DNA of 64,000 nt from an uncultured Gemmatimonadales bacterium (GCA_963748815.1 CAVVKJ010000017.1:32001-96000), one strand, 5' to 3'. Shown: positions 25,139 through 35,253, counted from the first letter of the stretch. The notes: generated by a model from the letters alone, not told the origin. Made by a program: numbers and translations.

Positions 25139-26305
25139 ATGCCCGACATCCCGGCATTTTCGTTGTGCGAGGGTGGGGTGGTGCACCAGAAGCTGATGGC
25201 TGTCGGGCTGGCCGGCGGTGCCAGGGGCCGGGCGATTCTCGTGGGCGTCCTCCTGGCGGTCGGGTGGTTGCCGCTGCTCTTCCTCACGTGGGCCGCCGGC
25301 ACCCTGGTCGGCGCGGGGCATCCCTTCCTGACGGATCTCGGCGCCTGGGCCCGGTTTCTCGTCGTCGTTCCGATCATGGTCCTTGCGGAGCCGATGGCCG
25401 ACGACGTCCTGGCAATCGTCGTCAACCTCTTCCGACGGACCGGCCTGATCCGGGAAGCCGACCTGCCCGCGTTCGAGGCGGCGGTCGTCCGGACGCAACT
25501 CCGGGCGACCTCCGACCGGATGGAGTTATTCCTGCTGGTCACGGCGCTCGCGCTCCCCCACCTGCTCGTGAGTTCGCTGCCGCATATTTCGACCGGCACG
25601 GCCTGGTTCGGGACGCTGGTGGCCGAGGAGGCACAGATCAGTGCCGCCGGACAGTGGTACACCTGGGTCTCGCTCCCGCTGGTGCAGTTCCTCCTCCTCC
25701 GCTGGCTGTGGCGCATACTGGCGTGGTGGGGACTCGTGTGGCGCATCGCGAGGATGAACCTGGCATGGTCGGCGGCGCACCCGGACGGCGCGGGCGGCCT
25801 CGGCTTCCTCGCCTGGTCGCCCCGCGCCTTCCGGGCGGTTTTCTTCGGCTTCAGTGCGCTCGCGGCCTCGGCGGTATCCAACCAGATCCAGTTCGGCGGG
25901 CACACCCTGGCTTCTGCGCGGGGCCCCATCCTCGCCTTCATCCTCTGCGAGTGCCTGCTGCTGCTCACGCCCCAATTCTTCTTCGTGGGGTCCCTCGTCC
26001 GCGCGCGGTATGCGGCGCTCGTCGGCTACGGACTGACCGGCATGTCCATGACACGCGAATTCGACCGACAGTGGACGGCCGCCGCGAGTCCGCATACCGC
26101 CCAGCTGCTCGACAGCCCGCAGTCCAGCGCGATGATCGACTACGCCGGCACCTACGGGCTGGTGAAGGCGATGCGCCCCGCGGCCATCTCCCTGCGGGAG
26201 ATCGTGTCAATCGTCCTCCCGCTCGCCGCGCCATTTGCGCCGCTCCTCCTCTATCAGTATTCGCTCAAGGAGATCCTCAAGGGGGTGCTGCAGCTGGCGC
26301 GGTAG
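25139..26305 (+). CDS. Conserved hypothetical multi-pass membrane protein
   Basis: Several TM helices; LLRWLWR, HPDGAGGLGFL. Confidence 0.7.
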   Translation: MPDIPAFSLCEGGVVHQKLMAVGLAGGARGRAILVGVLLAVGWLPLLFLTWAAGTLVGAGHPFLTDLGAWARFLVVVPIMVLAEPMADDVLAIVVNLFRRTGLIREADLPAFEAAVVRTQLRATSDRMELFLLVTALALPHLLVSSLPHISTGTAWFGTLVAEEAQISAAGQWYTWVSLPLVQFLLLRWLWRILAWWGLVWRIARMNLAWSAAHPDGAGGLGFLAWSPRAFRAVFFGFSALAASAVSNQIQFGGHTLASARGPILAFILCECLLLLTPQFFFVGSLVRARYAALVGYGLTGMSMTREFDRQWTAAASPHTAQLLDSPQSSAMIDYAGTYGLVKAMRPAAISLREIVSIVLPLAAPFAPLLLYQYSLKEILKGVLQLAR

Positions 26306-26393
26306 GGCCATGGGACGGCCAAGCGGCGCTTTGTGCACCCGGGGCGCGTTTGTTGCCATCTGGTGCCGGGCAACCGCCACCAGGCAGGGGAAG

Positions 26394-27047
26394 ATGTTGC
26401 CAGTCAACCATTTCGCCATCAGCGCCGTCGGGCGCCACCTCATTGCAATTGTGGCCGGAGTGGCGCTTTCCGCCTGTTCCTCGACCCTGTCCCAGGTCCC
26501 CCCCAGGCTGGACCTGGGCAACTACGGCCGCATCGCCCTCGTGACCTTTTCCGCCGAACCCGCCAGGGCACCTCTCGGTCTCCAGGCGACCCAGCAATTT
26601 GCGGATGCCCTGCTGTCCAGCCAGTCCGACTTCGAGCTGCTGGAACTCGGTCCCGCTGACTCCGCCGTCGCGCGGTTGCTCGGGCAGGGCGATGCACCTG
26701 CAGCGGCGCAGGAAGTCGGCCGGCAGAAGCACGTCACCGCGGTGTTTTTCGGGCAGCTGACGACAACCGGCACCAAGCCGAGCGGGCACGTTTCCGGCGG
26801 CGGCAATCTCAGCGTGAGCGGCACCATCGCTGCCGATTTGAACGTGCGCCTCCTGTCGACCAGCACCGGTGGCACCCTCTGGCGCTCCAGCGCCACGGCA
26901 AGCCAGAGCGTGGGCAACGTCTCGATGAGTGGCGGGCGGCTGCCGAGCATCTCGGCCACCGACCCGAACGCCGCCTACGCCAACCTGGTGGGGGACCTGG
27001 TGGCTCAGGTCACCCGCGACGTCCGACCGACCTGGGTCAAGCAGTAG
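26394..27047 (+). CDS. Hypothetical lipoprotein (CsgG/LpoB-like fold possible)
   Basis: Lipobox LSAC; GC-biased codon usage; ends before a terminator. Confidence 0.6.
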   Translation: MLPVNHFAISAVGRHLIAIVAGVALSACSSTLSQVPPRLDLGNYGRIALVTFSAEPARAPLGLQATQQFADALLSSQSDFELLELGPADSAVARLLGQGDAPAAAQEVGRQKHVTAVFFGQLTTTGTKPSGHVSGGGNLSVSGTIAADLNVRLLSTSTGGTLWRSSATASQSVGNVSMSGGRLPSISATDPNAAYANLVGDLVAQVTRDVRPTWVKQ

Positions 27048-27064
27048 CGCCCGCGGTTGGCACG

Positions 27065-27102
27065 CGAAAGGCCCGCCCCCGGTGACGGGGGCGGGCCTTT
27101 CG
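27065..27102. terminator. Bidirectional rho-independent terminator
   Basis: CGAAAGGCCCGCCCCC-GGTGAC-GGGGGCGGGCCTTTCG perfect stem between convergent genes. Confidence 0.85.
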
Positions 27103-27123
27103 ATTGCCATGGTGCGCCGGACG

Positions 27124-27600
27124 CTATTTCGTGACCGGCGTCCGTGCCACCCGAACGAGGTCCCAGTTCCCGCCCCCGCCCAACTCGCGGCGAAGCACCG
27201 CGATGTACCGGCTCTTGATCTCGCCGCCGCCCGCGGGGTGCGACGTGATGGTGCCCATGTCGATGGCGGTCCCGCCATATGACAACAGGCTCTCGGAGGT
27301 GATGACGATGTGCGGCATGGTGGTGGCCGTCTTCGTGAAGTAGGCCTTGATCGCGTCCTTGCCCGTGTAGGTGGTGCCGTCCTCGCCGGTCAAGATCGCA
27401 TTTGCCGCGTACAACGTCATCAGCCCGGTGACATCCTTGTTGTTGTAATACTCGGCGTATTCCGCGCGGAACCGGTTCGTCTCGCTGATGACGGTCTGCA
27501 GGGGAATGACGCTGTCCGGGATTTGGGCGCTGGCGACCGACGGCATCGCGGATGCGACCAGCAGGAACAGGGCGCCGACAGCATAGGAACGAATTCGCAT
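27124..27600 (-). CDS. Exported NTF2-like / DUF4440 protein
   Basis: Signal peptide; YNNKDV..LYAANA..GKDAI; W.LV C-terminus; GGAGG RBS. Confidence 0.75.
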   Translation of the reverse strand: MRIRSYAVGALFLLVASAMPSVASAQIPDSVIPLQTVISETNRFRAEYAEYYNNKDVTGLMTLYAANAILTGEDGTTYTGKDAIKAYFTKTATTMPHIVITSESLLSYGGTAIDMGTITSHPAGGGEIKSRYIAVLRRELGGGGNWDLVRVARTPVTK

Positions 27601-27728
27601 GGCTACCTCCAGGAGTGGGGGGAATCTGGCATCGGGGATCGTACCACCAAATTCGGGTTTCCGTGAGGGGGGGGATAGCAGCAACCCCGCCCAAGCCGTG
27701 AGGCCCAAGCGGGGCAAGCAGTTACATC

Positions 27729-27751
27729 TCAGTGGGCCTGGGAGGAGTTGA
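27729..27751. repeat. att site: duplicate of the tRNA-Ile 3' end (distal island boundary)
   Basis: TCAGTGGGCCTGGGAGGAGTTGA, identical to 49261-49283. Confidence 0.9.
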
Positions 27752-27953
27752 TCCAAAGGAGATCGACGTTCCACCGAGGGCCTCACGCATGTCAAGGACG
27801 CGGCGAGGGGTAGGGAATCTCGACCTGGTCCGGCGTGATGTCGAACTCCAACCGCGACGGAACCGCGGCTACTCCAACCCCACCCTTCGAAGGCCTGTAC
27901 GTGCCGAGCCAGCCGGTGAGCGGATGCGTATCCACGTTGTCATCGCGCGTGGC

Positions 27954-28808
27954 TCAGTCGAGCACCTGGACACTGGCAGTCTGTTCCGCGAACGCAATCA
28001 CCCGTTCGACCAGGACCGATACCGTCATCGGCCCGATACCGCCCGGCACGGGGGAGAACGCTCCCAGGTGCGCCACCCCGCCGGCGGTGTCCACATCGCC
28101 CCGCCCTCCGGAATTGAAGTAGCCGACATCGATGCAGATCGAGCCGGCGGCGAGCGCCGTCGACGGCACGACGCCAGGATCCGAGGCGGCCACCACCACG
28201 AGTGCCGCCTGTTGCACCCCTTGCAGGAGAGCGGCGTCGTCCGCCGGCAGGATGGGTTGCATCCTGGCGCCTCGACGGGCGAGGGCCTCGCTGAACATCC
28301 TCGTGAAGGGGATGTCGGGACCCACCACCACGCCGGCTCGCCCTCGAATGTCTACGCCATGCCCGTCGAGCAGCTCCAATCCGGCGGATACGGTCAACGG
28401 CGGGAGCCCATCCGGAGCCGCAACGTATTCAGTGATGCGCTCCGCCGTCATGATATCCACGTCGTCCGCCGCCGGGACCAGGTCCGTCAGTGCATCACCG
28501 TCGATTCCGTCCGGAAACGGGAATTCCAGAAACACCGCGTCCACCACCTCGCGGGCGAGAAGCGTCCGCAGCGCATGCTCCGCCTCTGACGACGGCGTTC
28601 CCGCTGGGAGCACCAGCGGCACGACGTCGACTCCGGCAGCAGCGCATGCTCGGAGTTTGCGCGCGACAAATGGTGTGTCGCCCTGCCCGTCCGCAAAGGC
28701 GACCAGCACCAGCCGCGGCCGTCGGCCCAGGCGCTCGGCCACCCGGTGGCCACGCGCGGCGAGCGCGGGGGCACGGGACCGGGCGAGCGCCGATCCGTCC
28801 AGGATCAC
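27954..28808 (-). CDS. Divergent FolD-like protein (methylene-THF dehydrogenase/cyclohydrolase fold)
   Basis: MILDGSALA, FVARK..AC..AG, DDVD, IDVG, SPVPGGIGPMTV; several canonical motifs altered. Confidence 0.75.
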   Translation of the reverse strand: MILDGSALARSRAPALAARGHRVAERLGRRPRLVLVAFADGQGDTPFVARKLRACAAAGVDVVPLVLPAGTPSSEAEHALRTLLAREVVDAVFLEFPFPDGIDGDALTDLVPAADDVDIMTAERITEYVAAPDGLPPLTVSAGLELLDGHGVDIRGRAGVVVGPDIPFTRMFSEALARRGARMQPILPADDAALLQGVQQAALVVVAASDPGVVPSTALAAGSICIDVGYFNSGGRGDVDTAGGVAHLGAFSPVPGGIGPMTVSVLVERVIAFAEQTASVQVLD

Positions 28809-29317
28809 CGACCGAGCCCCCGGATGATCTTGACCGTGGTGATGACCTGACCGGCATGCCGCTGGGCGTGCTGAGCGGCATGCGACAACAGGCCGATCAC
28901 ATCGCTCGGCCGCTGCGCCTTCCCGACCCCACGGAACTCAAGCAACTGTTCAGCTGGCGTCTCGCGCAGCACGGCCAGCGCCGCGTCCACTGCCCTGGTC
29001 ACCGAGGCAAGCAACTCCTTCGCCGACGCCGGCGGCTCTCCCGGGTCCCCCTCCAGCTTGATGGCCCTAACCTGGTCCGGGGTCAGTGGCACACTGCGGG
29101 CGTACGTAACCAGCCGGTCCGTGCTGCCGGCAATGTGACGCAGGTGAAAGCCCACCGCAGCCGCCCCGCTGGGCCGTGCCCAGAGTTCGTCCCCGGTCAG
29201 GTCGGCCGCGGCAGACTCCACATCCCGGCGCGTCTGGATCAGTGCTTGCGCCACCGGCATGAGCAGCGGGGGAATCCCCTCCACCGGTCCGTCGAGCCAG
29301 GCCTCGATTCCGCTCAT
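28805..29317 (-). CDS. DinB/DUF664 family protein
   Basis: VGFHLRHIAGS, H..QH..RH.GQ. Confidence 0.82.
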   Translation of the reverse strand: MSGIEAWLDGPVEGIPPLLMPVAQALIQTRRDVESAAADLTGDELWARPSGAAAVGFHLRHIAGSTDRLVTYARSVPLTPDQVRAIKLEGDPGEPPASAKELLASVTRAVDAALAVLRETPAEQLLEFRGVGKAQRPSDVIGLLSHAAQHAQRHAGQVITTVKIIRGLGR

Positions 29318-29685
29318 GAAGGCTTGGGAGGGTCGCCGGACGCCCCCACCGATGCCACCGTCAGGAGGAAGGTCGCGCCAGAGGCCGAGGCGACGGCATG
29401 CCGTACCCCCGCCCCGAGCGAGAGCAGTTGGCCCGGACCGATCTCGTGGGTGTTACCGGCGGCTGAGAACTGGAGTCGGCCCTGCAGCGGCTGGACCGTG
29501 ATCGGGCCGTCCGCCTGATGCTCGGGAATCTCCGCGCCGGCCGCCACGGTCACCAGCGTCGCGCGAATCAGGCCATTCTTGATCAACGTTCGTGCACGTC
29601 GACCGCCCGGCGGTGGCCCCTCGCCACCTCCCGACAATTCTACGATCACCACATCACCGGAAAGCGGTCGTTCGATCGAAGACAT
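29314..29685 (-). CDS. Cupin domain protein
   Basis: EIPEHQADGPITVQ..GRL; GVRHAV. Confidence 0.8.
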   Translation of the reverse strand: MSSIERPLSGDVVIVELSGGGEGPPPGGRRARTLIKNGLIRATLVTVAAGAEIPEHQADGPITVQPLQGRLQFSAAGNTHEIGPGQLLSLGAGVRHAVASASGATFLLTVASVGASGDPPKPS

Positions 29686-29936
29686 CAGGCCTCCACCGTC
29701 ATTGTCCGCTTCCGTACATGTACCCGCCAGGTTTCCGGTCCGTTGTCGAGGTAGTCGAAGGCGAACGCATCATCACCCCGAGTCGCCTTGAGCGCGTAGT
29801 ACATGCACTTCGGATCGTGGTCCACCGTCAGATCCAGCGTCGCCCCCTCGGCGAGGCCTTCGTACGCCGACATGATTCGCTCGAACCGATCCTTCGGCTC
29901 GACCGGACGAATGTCCAGTTGTACCGTGTCCGTCAT
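29685..29936 (-). CDS. DUF2249 domain protein
   Basis: LDIRPVEPKDRF..DHDPK..YLDNGPETWRV. Confidence 0.85.
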   Translation of the reverse strand: MTDTVQLDIRPVEPKDRFERIMSAYEGLAEGATLDLTVDHDPKCMYYALKATRGDDAFAFDYLDNGPETWRVHVRKRTMTVEA

Positions 29937-30679
29937 TGTTCCGCTCCAATCATGAGAGGTCCTTCCAGCGGTACCAGGGGCGGTGCCTCGCCGCCGGCGC
30001 TTCCACACCCCCACCCTCCGCGGCGCCCCAGCCAATGCTGCCACGCCACGCCGTGGCGGGGCGTGCTGGGCGCCAGGATGACTGTCCCCGTATAGGAGAT
30101 CAGGGCGAGCTGGTGCATCAGGTCGCCGATTCCTGCACCATCCTGCGAGGCGGCCTCGGGCCCCCCGCCGATCAGGCGGATGTGGCCCAGGGCGTTCCCA
30201 AACCGCTCGAGCAGCGGCTCGGCCATGACACCGACCGGACCAAGACGGGGATCGGCCTCCCAGGCCAGCGCCAGCCCCGCATCGTGACAGACGATCCCGT
30301 CCCACACCGCCGAGTCTCCGCGCAGGACGACCGCCACCTGGCCCCTGGCGCCCTTGATCCGCTTGGCGCGCGCCACGCGAGTGGCGAGCAGCACCGGGCC
30401 GGCCAGCAACACGGGGGCGCCGAGTGCTTCGGAGAATCGAGCCAGGCGAGACTCGTCCTCTAACTGGTGAGTACGATACCCCGTCAGCGTGAGTCCCGCC
30501 GCACGCACCGTTTCGGCGGCAGCGGCAACGCTCGCAGGCGCGCTCGTGTCGGCGGCGACGCCATGCGCGTCCCCCTCCCGCAATTCAAGCGCGGCTAGCC
30601 CTCGGCGCTGCGCAAAACGAATCAGGTCATCCAGTGAGGCGTCCGGCGCCGCCTCGGAACTGAGCCCCAGCCGCATCAT
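29933..30679 (-). CDS. Hypothetical protein, xylose-isomerase-like TIM-barrel N-terminus, C-terminal WGCGS
   Basis: MRLGLSS.AAPD.SL..L...A.RRGL.ALELR..DAHG; overlaps its neighbours in the operon. Confidence 0.6.
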   Translation of the reverse strand: MMRLGLSSEAAPDASLDDLIRFAQRRGLAALELREGDAHGVAADTSAPASVAAAAETVRAAGLTLTGYRTHQLEDESRLARFSEALGAPVLLAGPVLLATRVARAKRIKGARGQVAVVLRGDSAVWDGIVCHDAGLALAWEADPRLGPVGVMAEPLLERFGNALGHIRLIGGGPEAASQDGAGIGDLMHQLALISYTGTVILAPSTPRHGVAWQHWLGRRGGWGCGSAGGEAPPLVPLEGPLMIGAEQ

Positions 30680-31547
30680 GCCTCCGTGCGTGAAATCTCC
30701 ACCCGCCACACCGATGGCCCCTGCTCGAGGTACTCCCAGCCGAATTCGCCGGCGTGCTCGTAGTCGAACTGATAGCGCAGCGGCTTCGGGTCGTGGTCGT
30801 TGACCAAAACGAACGACTCCCCAGGCGCCAGCGCGGAAAAGGTGCTGAAGATCGTGGGATGCTTTTCCCGGGTGGAATGACCCGAACGTCCAGGGTGCGT
30901 GCCGTAGCCATCGGTGTACCTCGTGATTGATGTGGCTGGTCCGGCGTGCCCGCCACCCGATGGCGGATGAACACCCGAACCAGGTCGGGAGCCTGCTGAC
31001 GAACCTCGTACGAGAAGCCGCGCTCCTCGAGGAGTGGAAGGAGGAACTGCGGGACCCGGACATTGATCTGCAACAGCGTGCGATCGGGCGGAAGCGTCTC
31101 CAGCGCCGCCAGGGTCAGGACCATCGGCTCCGGCGGCTCCATCTCCCGTACGTCGAGCACGATGACCCCGGGGTCCGGCTCCTCGTTCGGCGGGACGGGC
31201 GCGGCGGGGGTCGAGACGGCGGCAGCCGGTGCCGATGGATAGAACCACACCCGCCAGTCCTCGTCGCCCAGCTGTTCGGTGTAGTGCTCGAAGCCCTGCT
31301 TGCCCATCACCTGGTAGAGGGGCACCGGCTCGAAAATGGCGCGCACCGCCAGGGCGCCGCCTTCGGGAACGCGTTGCCGCGCGGCCATGATGAGGCTGAA
31401 GGGTTCCCGCCCGTTGCGAAGGTCCTCGCGCACATCGAGCTCCACGAGTTTGTCCGGGGCAATCGCATCGAGCGCCTCCGGGCGCGGGGCCGATGGCGCC
31501 GTGGCCGTCGCCGTCGCCTTCATCGAGTCCAGCCGCCTGCGATTCAT
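30676..31547 (-). CDS. DUF2249 protein(s): tandem DUF2249 pair (31547 to ~30950) plus a further DUF2249 (30911-30676, frameshifted)
   Basis: LDVREDLRNGREPF..IM..FEPVPLY; LDVREMEPPEPM..L..L..P.FL; LDVRVIPP/REKHPTIF..NDHDPKPL..GP.VWRV. Confidence 0.8.
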
Positions 31548-31849
31548 CTGTCCTCCTCGTTGATCATCCCCGCATGCCAGCGTGGATCCCAGACCAGGTG
31601 CGGCTCGACGCGCGCAACCTGCGGTACCAGCGAGAGAGCGTCGAGGATGTTTGCGGTGATGAGTTGTTCCATCGGGCAGCCAGGGGTGGTGAGGGTGTAC
31701 GTGACCGTCACGGCGGGCCCGTCGACCTCGAGGTCGTACACCAGCCCCAGGGTGACGATGTCGAGCCCGATTTCAGGATCAATGACGGTGCGGAGCGCGT
31801 CCCACACGAGCCCGTCGAGGGGGGCACCGGGAAAGGCGGCCTGGGTCAT
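31544..31849 (-). CDS. DUF59 / SufT-PaaD-like metal-sulfur cluster assembly factor
   Basis: VIDPEIGLDIVTLGLVY, TLTTPGCPM, LVWDPRW. Confidence 0.9.
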   Translation of the reverse strand: MTQAAFPGAPLDGLVWDALRTVIDPEIGLDIVTLGLVYDLEVDGPAVTVTYTLTTPGCPMEQLITANILDALSLVPQVARVEPHLVWDPRWHAGMINEEDR

Positions 31850-33113
31850 GGGGTTCTCCGTGCCAGCGCAAGCATTTGGGCAGCCTCGACCATGACTCCG
31901 GATGTCCAGAGCAGGGCGCCGGTCCGCGCGATCCCGGCCTGCGCCGCCACCACGCCGACCAGGAGCAGCGCAACGCCGAGCAGGAGCAGGGCGCCGGCCG
32001 CCCCAGCCAGGCGCGCGGAATAGAGGTCGCTCACCCGTGAGATCTTCCCCTTGCCGGCCAGCGGTCCGAACCGATGATACCAGACGAGGAAGGGGACAAT
32101 CTTGTAGTAGAGCGCCGCAACGAAGAGGCTGATGCCCAGCACCAGGGCCAGGACGTAGGCCAGCGACGCGCGCGGAGACGGGTCGATGAGCAGCGCCACG
32201 GCGGCGAGCACAAGCGCCGCCGCCAGCACACCAAGGGCGAACGCGGCCGATCGCATGCCAGGATCGAGTGCGGGCCGATGCCGATGGCGATAAAATGCCC
32301 GCGCCTGGAGCAGCAGGGCCACGAGGCCGCCACCGAACAGGAGTGTCGGAAGCCAGCGGCTGACGATTGCCGGCCCATGATGCCCCACCGTGAGCGTCGC
32401 GGCGCCGGCGGCCAGCAACCCGACCGCCGCCCTGGCGAAGCGGTCCCCGGCGCCGTGGCTCAGCAGGAACATCGGCAGGAGCCGGTGGGCAACGCCGGCG
32501 ATGACCAGGAGAACCCACCCGAACAGGGCGACGTGCAGGTGGGTGCGGAGCGCGACCGGCCGCTCGACGCCGAGAAAACCCCACTGCCGGTTGCCGGCGA
32601 GCGCCAGGCCCAGGACGAGCGTCACCAACAGGAACAGATCCGCGCCCGGCGAGCGCCCACCAGGTGAGGTCGCGCGCGGTGGCCCGCAGCAGCGTGGCGG
32701 CCAGGTTGATGATGAAGACAAGCAGTCCGGTGCCGAGCGACGCTGCGCCGACCAGCATCAGCGGTGAGATCTGCGAAGATCAGGCCGGCCACGAACACGG
32801 CGACGCCCGGCACGTACAGGGCAAAGGCAACGTGGCCGGCGGGAACCGACTTGATCGGTTCGCCGAGCGCCACGGGAAGGAACTGGTAGAGCGCCCCCAT
32901 GATGGACGTGGTCATCCAGCCCAGGGTAAAGAGATGCGTCACGCCGAGAACCGCAGGGAGCGGAAAGGCGCCGGCGGCCAGGTCAGGCGCGACCCAGATC
33001 AGCCCGACCGCCCCGAGGCCCAGGAACACGATGGCCGCCGTGAAGTGCTCGCCTGGAAGCCGGAACGGCGGGGCCTTGGCGGCGGCCAGGCCCATGGCAG
33101 GGCCGCCCGTCAC
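31846..33113 (-). CDS. Multi-pass His-containing membrane protein (two frameshifts)
   Basis: EHF, THLFTLGW, GALYQFLPV, HLHVALFGW, RLLPMF..SH, YKIVPFLVW.HR; about 12 TM helices. Confidence 0.7.
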
Positions 33114-34195
33114 GAGAGGCCCGCCCAGTCGGCTGTCGCGAGGTGTCGCATCCCGAGGGCCTCGCGCACGCCGCGCGCCAGGTGCCGGAAGCAGGCCGCC
33201 GTGGGCCCGTCGGCCCGCGCCAGCATTGCAGGAGCCCCAGCATCACCATCGATCACGGTGCTCTCCTCGAACGGGACTCGGGCCAGCAACGGACTCCCCG
33301 TCTTCTCGCTGAGCGCGGCGCCGCCGCCCTGTCCGAAGGGGTGCGAGATCCGGCCGCACTCACACACCGCCTCGCTCATGTTCTCCACCACCCCGAGCAC
33401 CGGCACCCCAAGCTTGCGAAACATCTCGACGGCCTTTCCAGCCTCCAGCACCGCCAGGCGCTGCGGCGTCGTCACCACCACCGCCCCGCCCACCTCGATG
33501 GCCTCCGCCAGGGAGAGCGGCACATCGCCGGTTCCTGGCGGGAGATCGACGACGAGGATGTCCAACTCCGGCCAGACCACACCCCGGGCGAATTGCTTGA
33601 CCGCCTTGCCGACCAGCGGGCCGCGCCAGACCGCGGGTGACTTGGCGCCGAGGAAGAAGCCGAACGAGACCACCGGCATCCCGAACGCCTGAAGCGGAAT
33701 GATCTGGTGCTGCTCCGTCATCCGGACGTGGCGAGCGCCATCCTCAATACCCATGAGCACCGGGACCGAGGGGCCGTAGATATCGGCGTCGAGCACGCCG
33801 ACACGAAGGCCCAAGTCCTGGAGCGCCAGCGCCAGGTTGACGGCAACGGTGCTCTTGCCGACGCCGCCCTTCCCCGCGCCGACCGCGATGACATGCCCGA
33901 CGCCAGGCAGGCGGACCCGATCGGCCGCGGGCAGTGCCTGGGTGGAGGCGGCGGGTTCAGGCGTGAGGATCTGGATTTCAGCGCGCACGGCGCCAGCGCG
34001 GGCCAGTCGGTCGCCAATTGCCTCGCGGAGCTGATTCGGCACATCCTCGCGCGCCGTTGAGATCCGGAGGGACACGTGGACTCGGTCGTTGCGAACCGCA
34101 ATCGAGCGCACCAGCCCGAGGGCCACGATATCCCGGTTGAGCCCCGGATAGGGAACCTCCGCCAACGCCGCCCGAACGGCAGCTTCCGTGAGCAT
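33110..34195 (-). CDS. mrp: Mrp/NBP35 (ApbC) Fe-S carrier ATPase with N-terminal DUF59-like domain
   Basis: GKGGVGKST, DADIYGPS, WRGP, DLPPGTGD, ENMS..CECG. Confidence 0.9.
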   Translation of the reverse strand: MLTEAAVRAALAEVPYPGLNRDIVALGLVRSIAVRNDRVHVSLRISTAREDVPNQLREAIGDRLARAGAVRAEIQILTPEPAASTQALPAADRVRLPGVGHVIAVGAGKGGVGKSTVAVNLALALQDLGLRVGVLDADIYGPSVPVLMGIEDGARHVRMTEQHQIIPLQAFGMPVVSFGFFLGAKSPAVWRGPLVGKAVKQFARGVVWPELDILVVDLPPGTGDVPLSLAEAIEVGGAVVVTTPQRLAVLEAGKAVEMFRKLGVPVLGVVENMSEAVCECGRISHPFGQGGGAALSEKTGSPLLARVPFEESTVIDGDAGAPAMLARADGPTAACFRHLARGVREALGMRHLATADWAGLS

Positions 34196-34822
34196 TACGC
34201 CTCCATCCGGTATGCGCAGGAGGTGTCTCGCCGGCATGTAGCTCACCCGGGTCAGCTCCTCGCCGAGCAGTCTCCTGATGAGCCCGATTTCCGCCACGCA
34301 TGGGATCCGCGTCGAGCGGACCAACTCGCGAATCGGGCAGTGGCATAGGCGGAGGCGTGGTGCGCCGTCGTCCTCCTCGACCACCGCCATGAATCCGAGC
34401 TCCGAAAAGATTCGTGCCACTTCGGCGACTCGCGCCCGGCCCCGGAGGTGACGCACCCGCGCCAGTGCATCGGCCCGGCGTCCGCCGATGCGCCGCTCGA
34501 AGAATTCCCGGAGCACTTCGGCCTGCCCCGACTTGACCAGGTGCGCCGCGAGATCCCGGAGGGTTTCTCCCTCTCGACGCGGAAAGAGCGGGTCGGCCTC
34601 CGGCGTGAGGCCGTACACCACCTCCGGGCGGCCGGGACCGCTGCGCTGGGTTCCCTCGCGCCGCACCAGCCCGGCACCGACCAGCGACTTCAGGTGTCCA
34701 CGGATCGTCTCGATGTTGAGCCCCACTTCGGCCGCCAATTCGGGAATGGTGGCGTGACCCCGACGCTTGAGCAGGTCAAGGATGGATCGCTGGCTTTCAC
34801 CGAGGCCTGGGGCGCTGATCAT
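34195..34822 (-). CDS. SufR-like (COG2345) HTH transcriptional regulator with Cys motif
   Basis: HTH, GPGRP..Y.LT, LCHCPI..IPC. A further Cys (DTSCAY, then TAA) is in a shifted frame, with TAATG overlap into mrp. Confidence 0.78.
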
Positions 34823-35187
34823 CGGCGTCCCACCTGATCGGCCATCATCGTGTCGAGGAACTCCTTCAGGACCACCGCCTGGTTGTGCTCGGTGTCGTGC
34901 GCGGCGTACAGCAGCGTCACGTCGCCGGCCGCAGCGGCCACGAGCAGCGGCGTCAATGCACCAGGGTTGCGCTCCAGCTCATGGGAGTAGCGACGGTGGA
35001 ACTCTCGCCACTTCTCGGGATCATGGCCGAACCACCGGCGGAGCTCGGTGCTTGGAGCCACGTCCTTGAGCCAGGCGTCCAGCTTGAGCGCCGTCTTGCG
35101 GACGCCGCGCGGCCAGAGTCGGTCGACAAGAATGACGCGTGACCCATCGTGGGCGGCGGGCTCGTAGGCGCGTCGGATTCGGATCAT
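34819..35187 (-). CDS. DUF488 (YeaO-like) protein
   Basis: IRRAY, LVDRLWPRGV.K, APSTELRRWFGHDP, HNQAVVL. Confidence 0.9.
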   Translation of the reverse strand: MIRIRRAYEPAAHDGSRVILVDRLWPRGVRKTALKLDAWLKDVAPSTELRRWFGHDPEKWREFHRRYSHELERNPGALTPLLVAAAAGDVTLLYAAHDTEHNQAVVLKEFLDTMMADQVGRR

Positions 35188-35253
35188 CTGTCCTCCCTCC
35201 CTCGATGGGGTATCCAGCCTCCAGTGCCGCGGCGAATGGACTCCCCGAAGGGC

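Noticed and set aside
27752..27953. Possible integrase or recombinase remnant next to the att site
   Set aside because: No recognisable tyrosine or serine recombinase motif in any frame.
33110..34822. Apparent 570-aa regulator-Mrp fusion
   Set aside because: The regulator's natural end (DTSCAYRMEA-TAA) lies in a shifted frame with a TAATG overlap onto the mrp start, so the fusion is most likely a 1-nt indel artefact.
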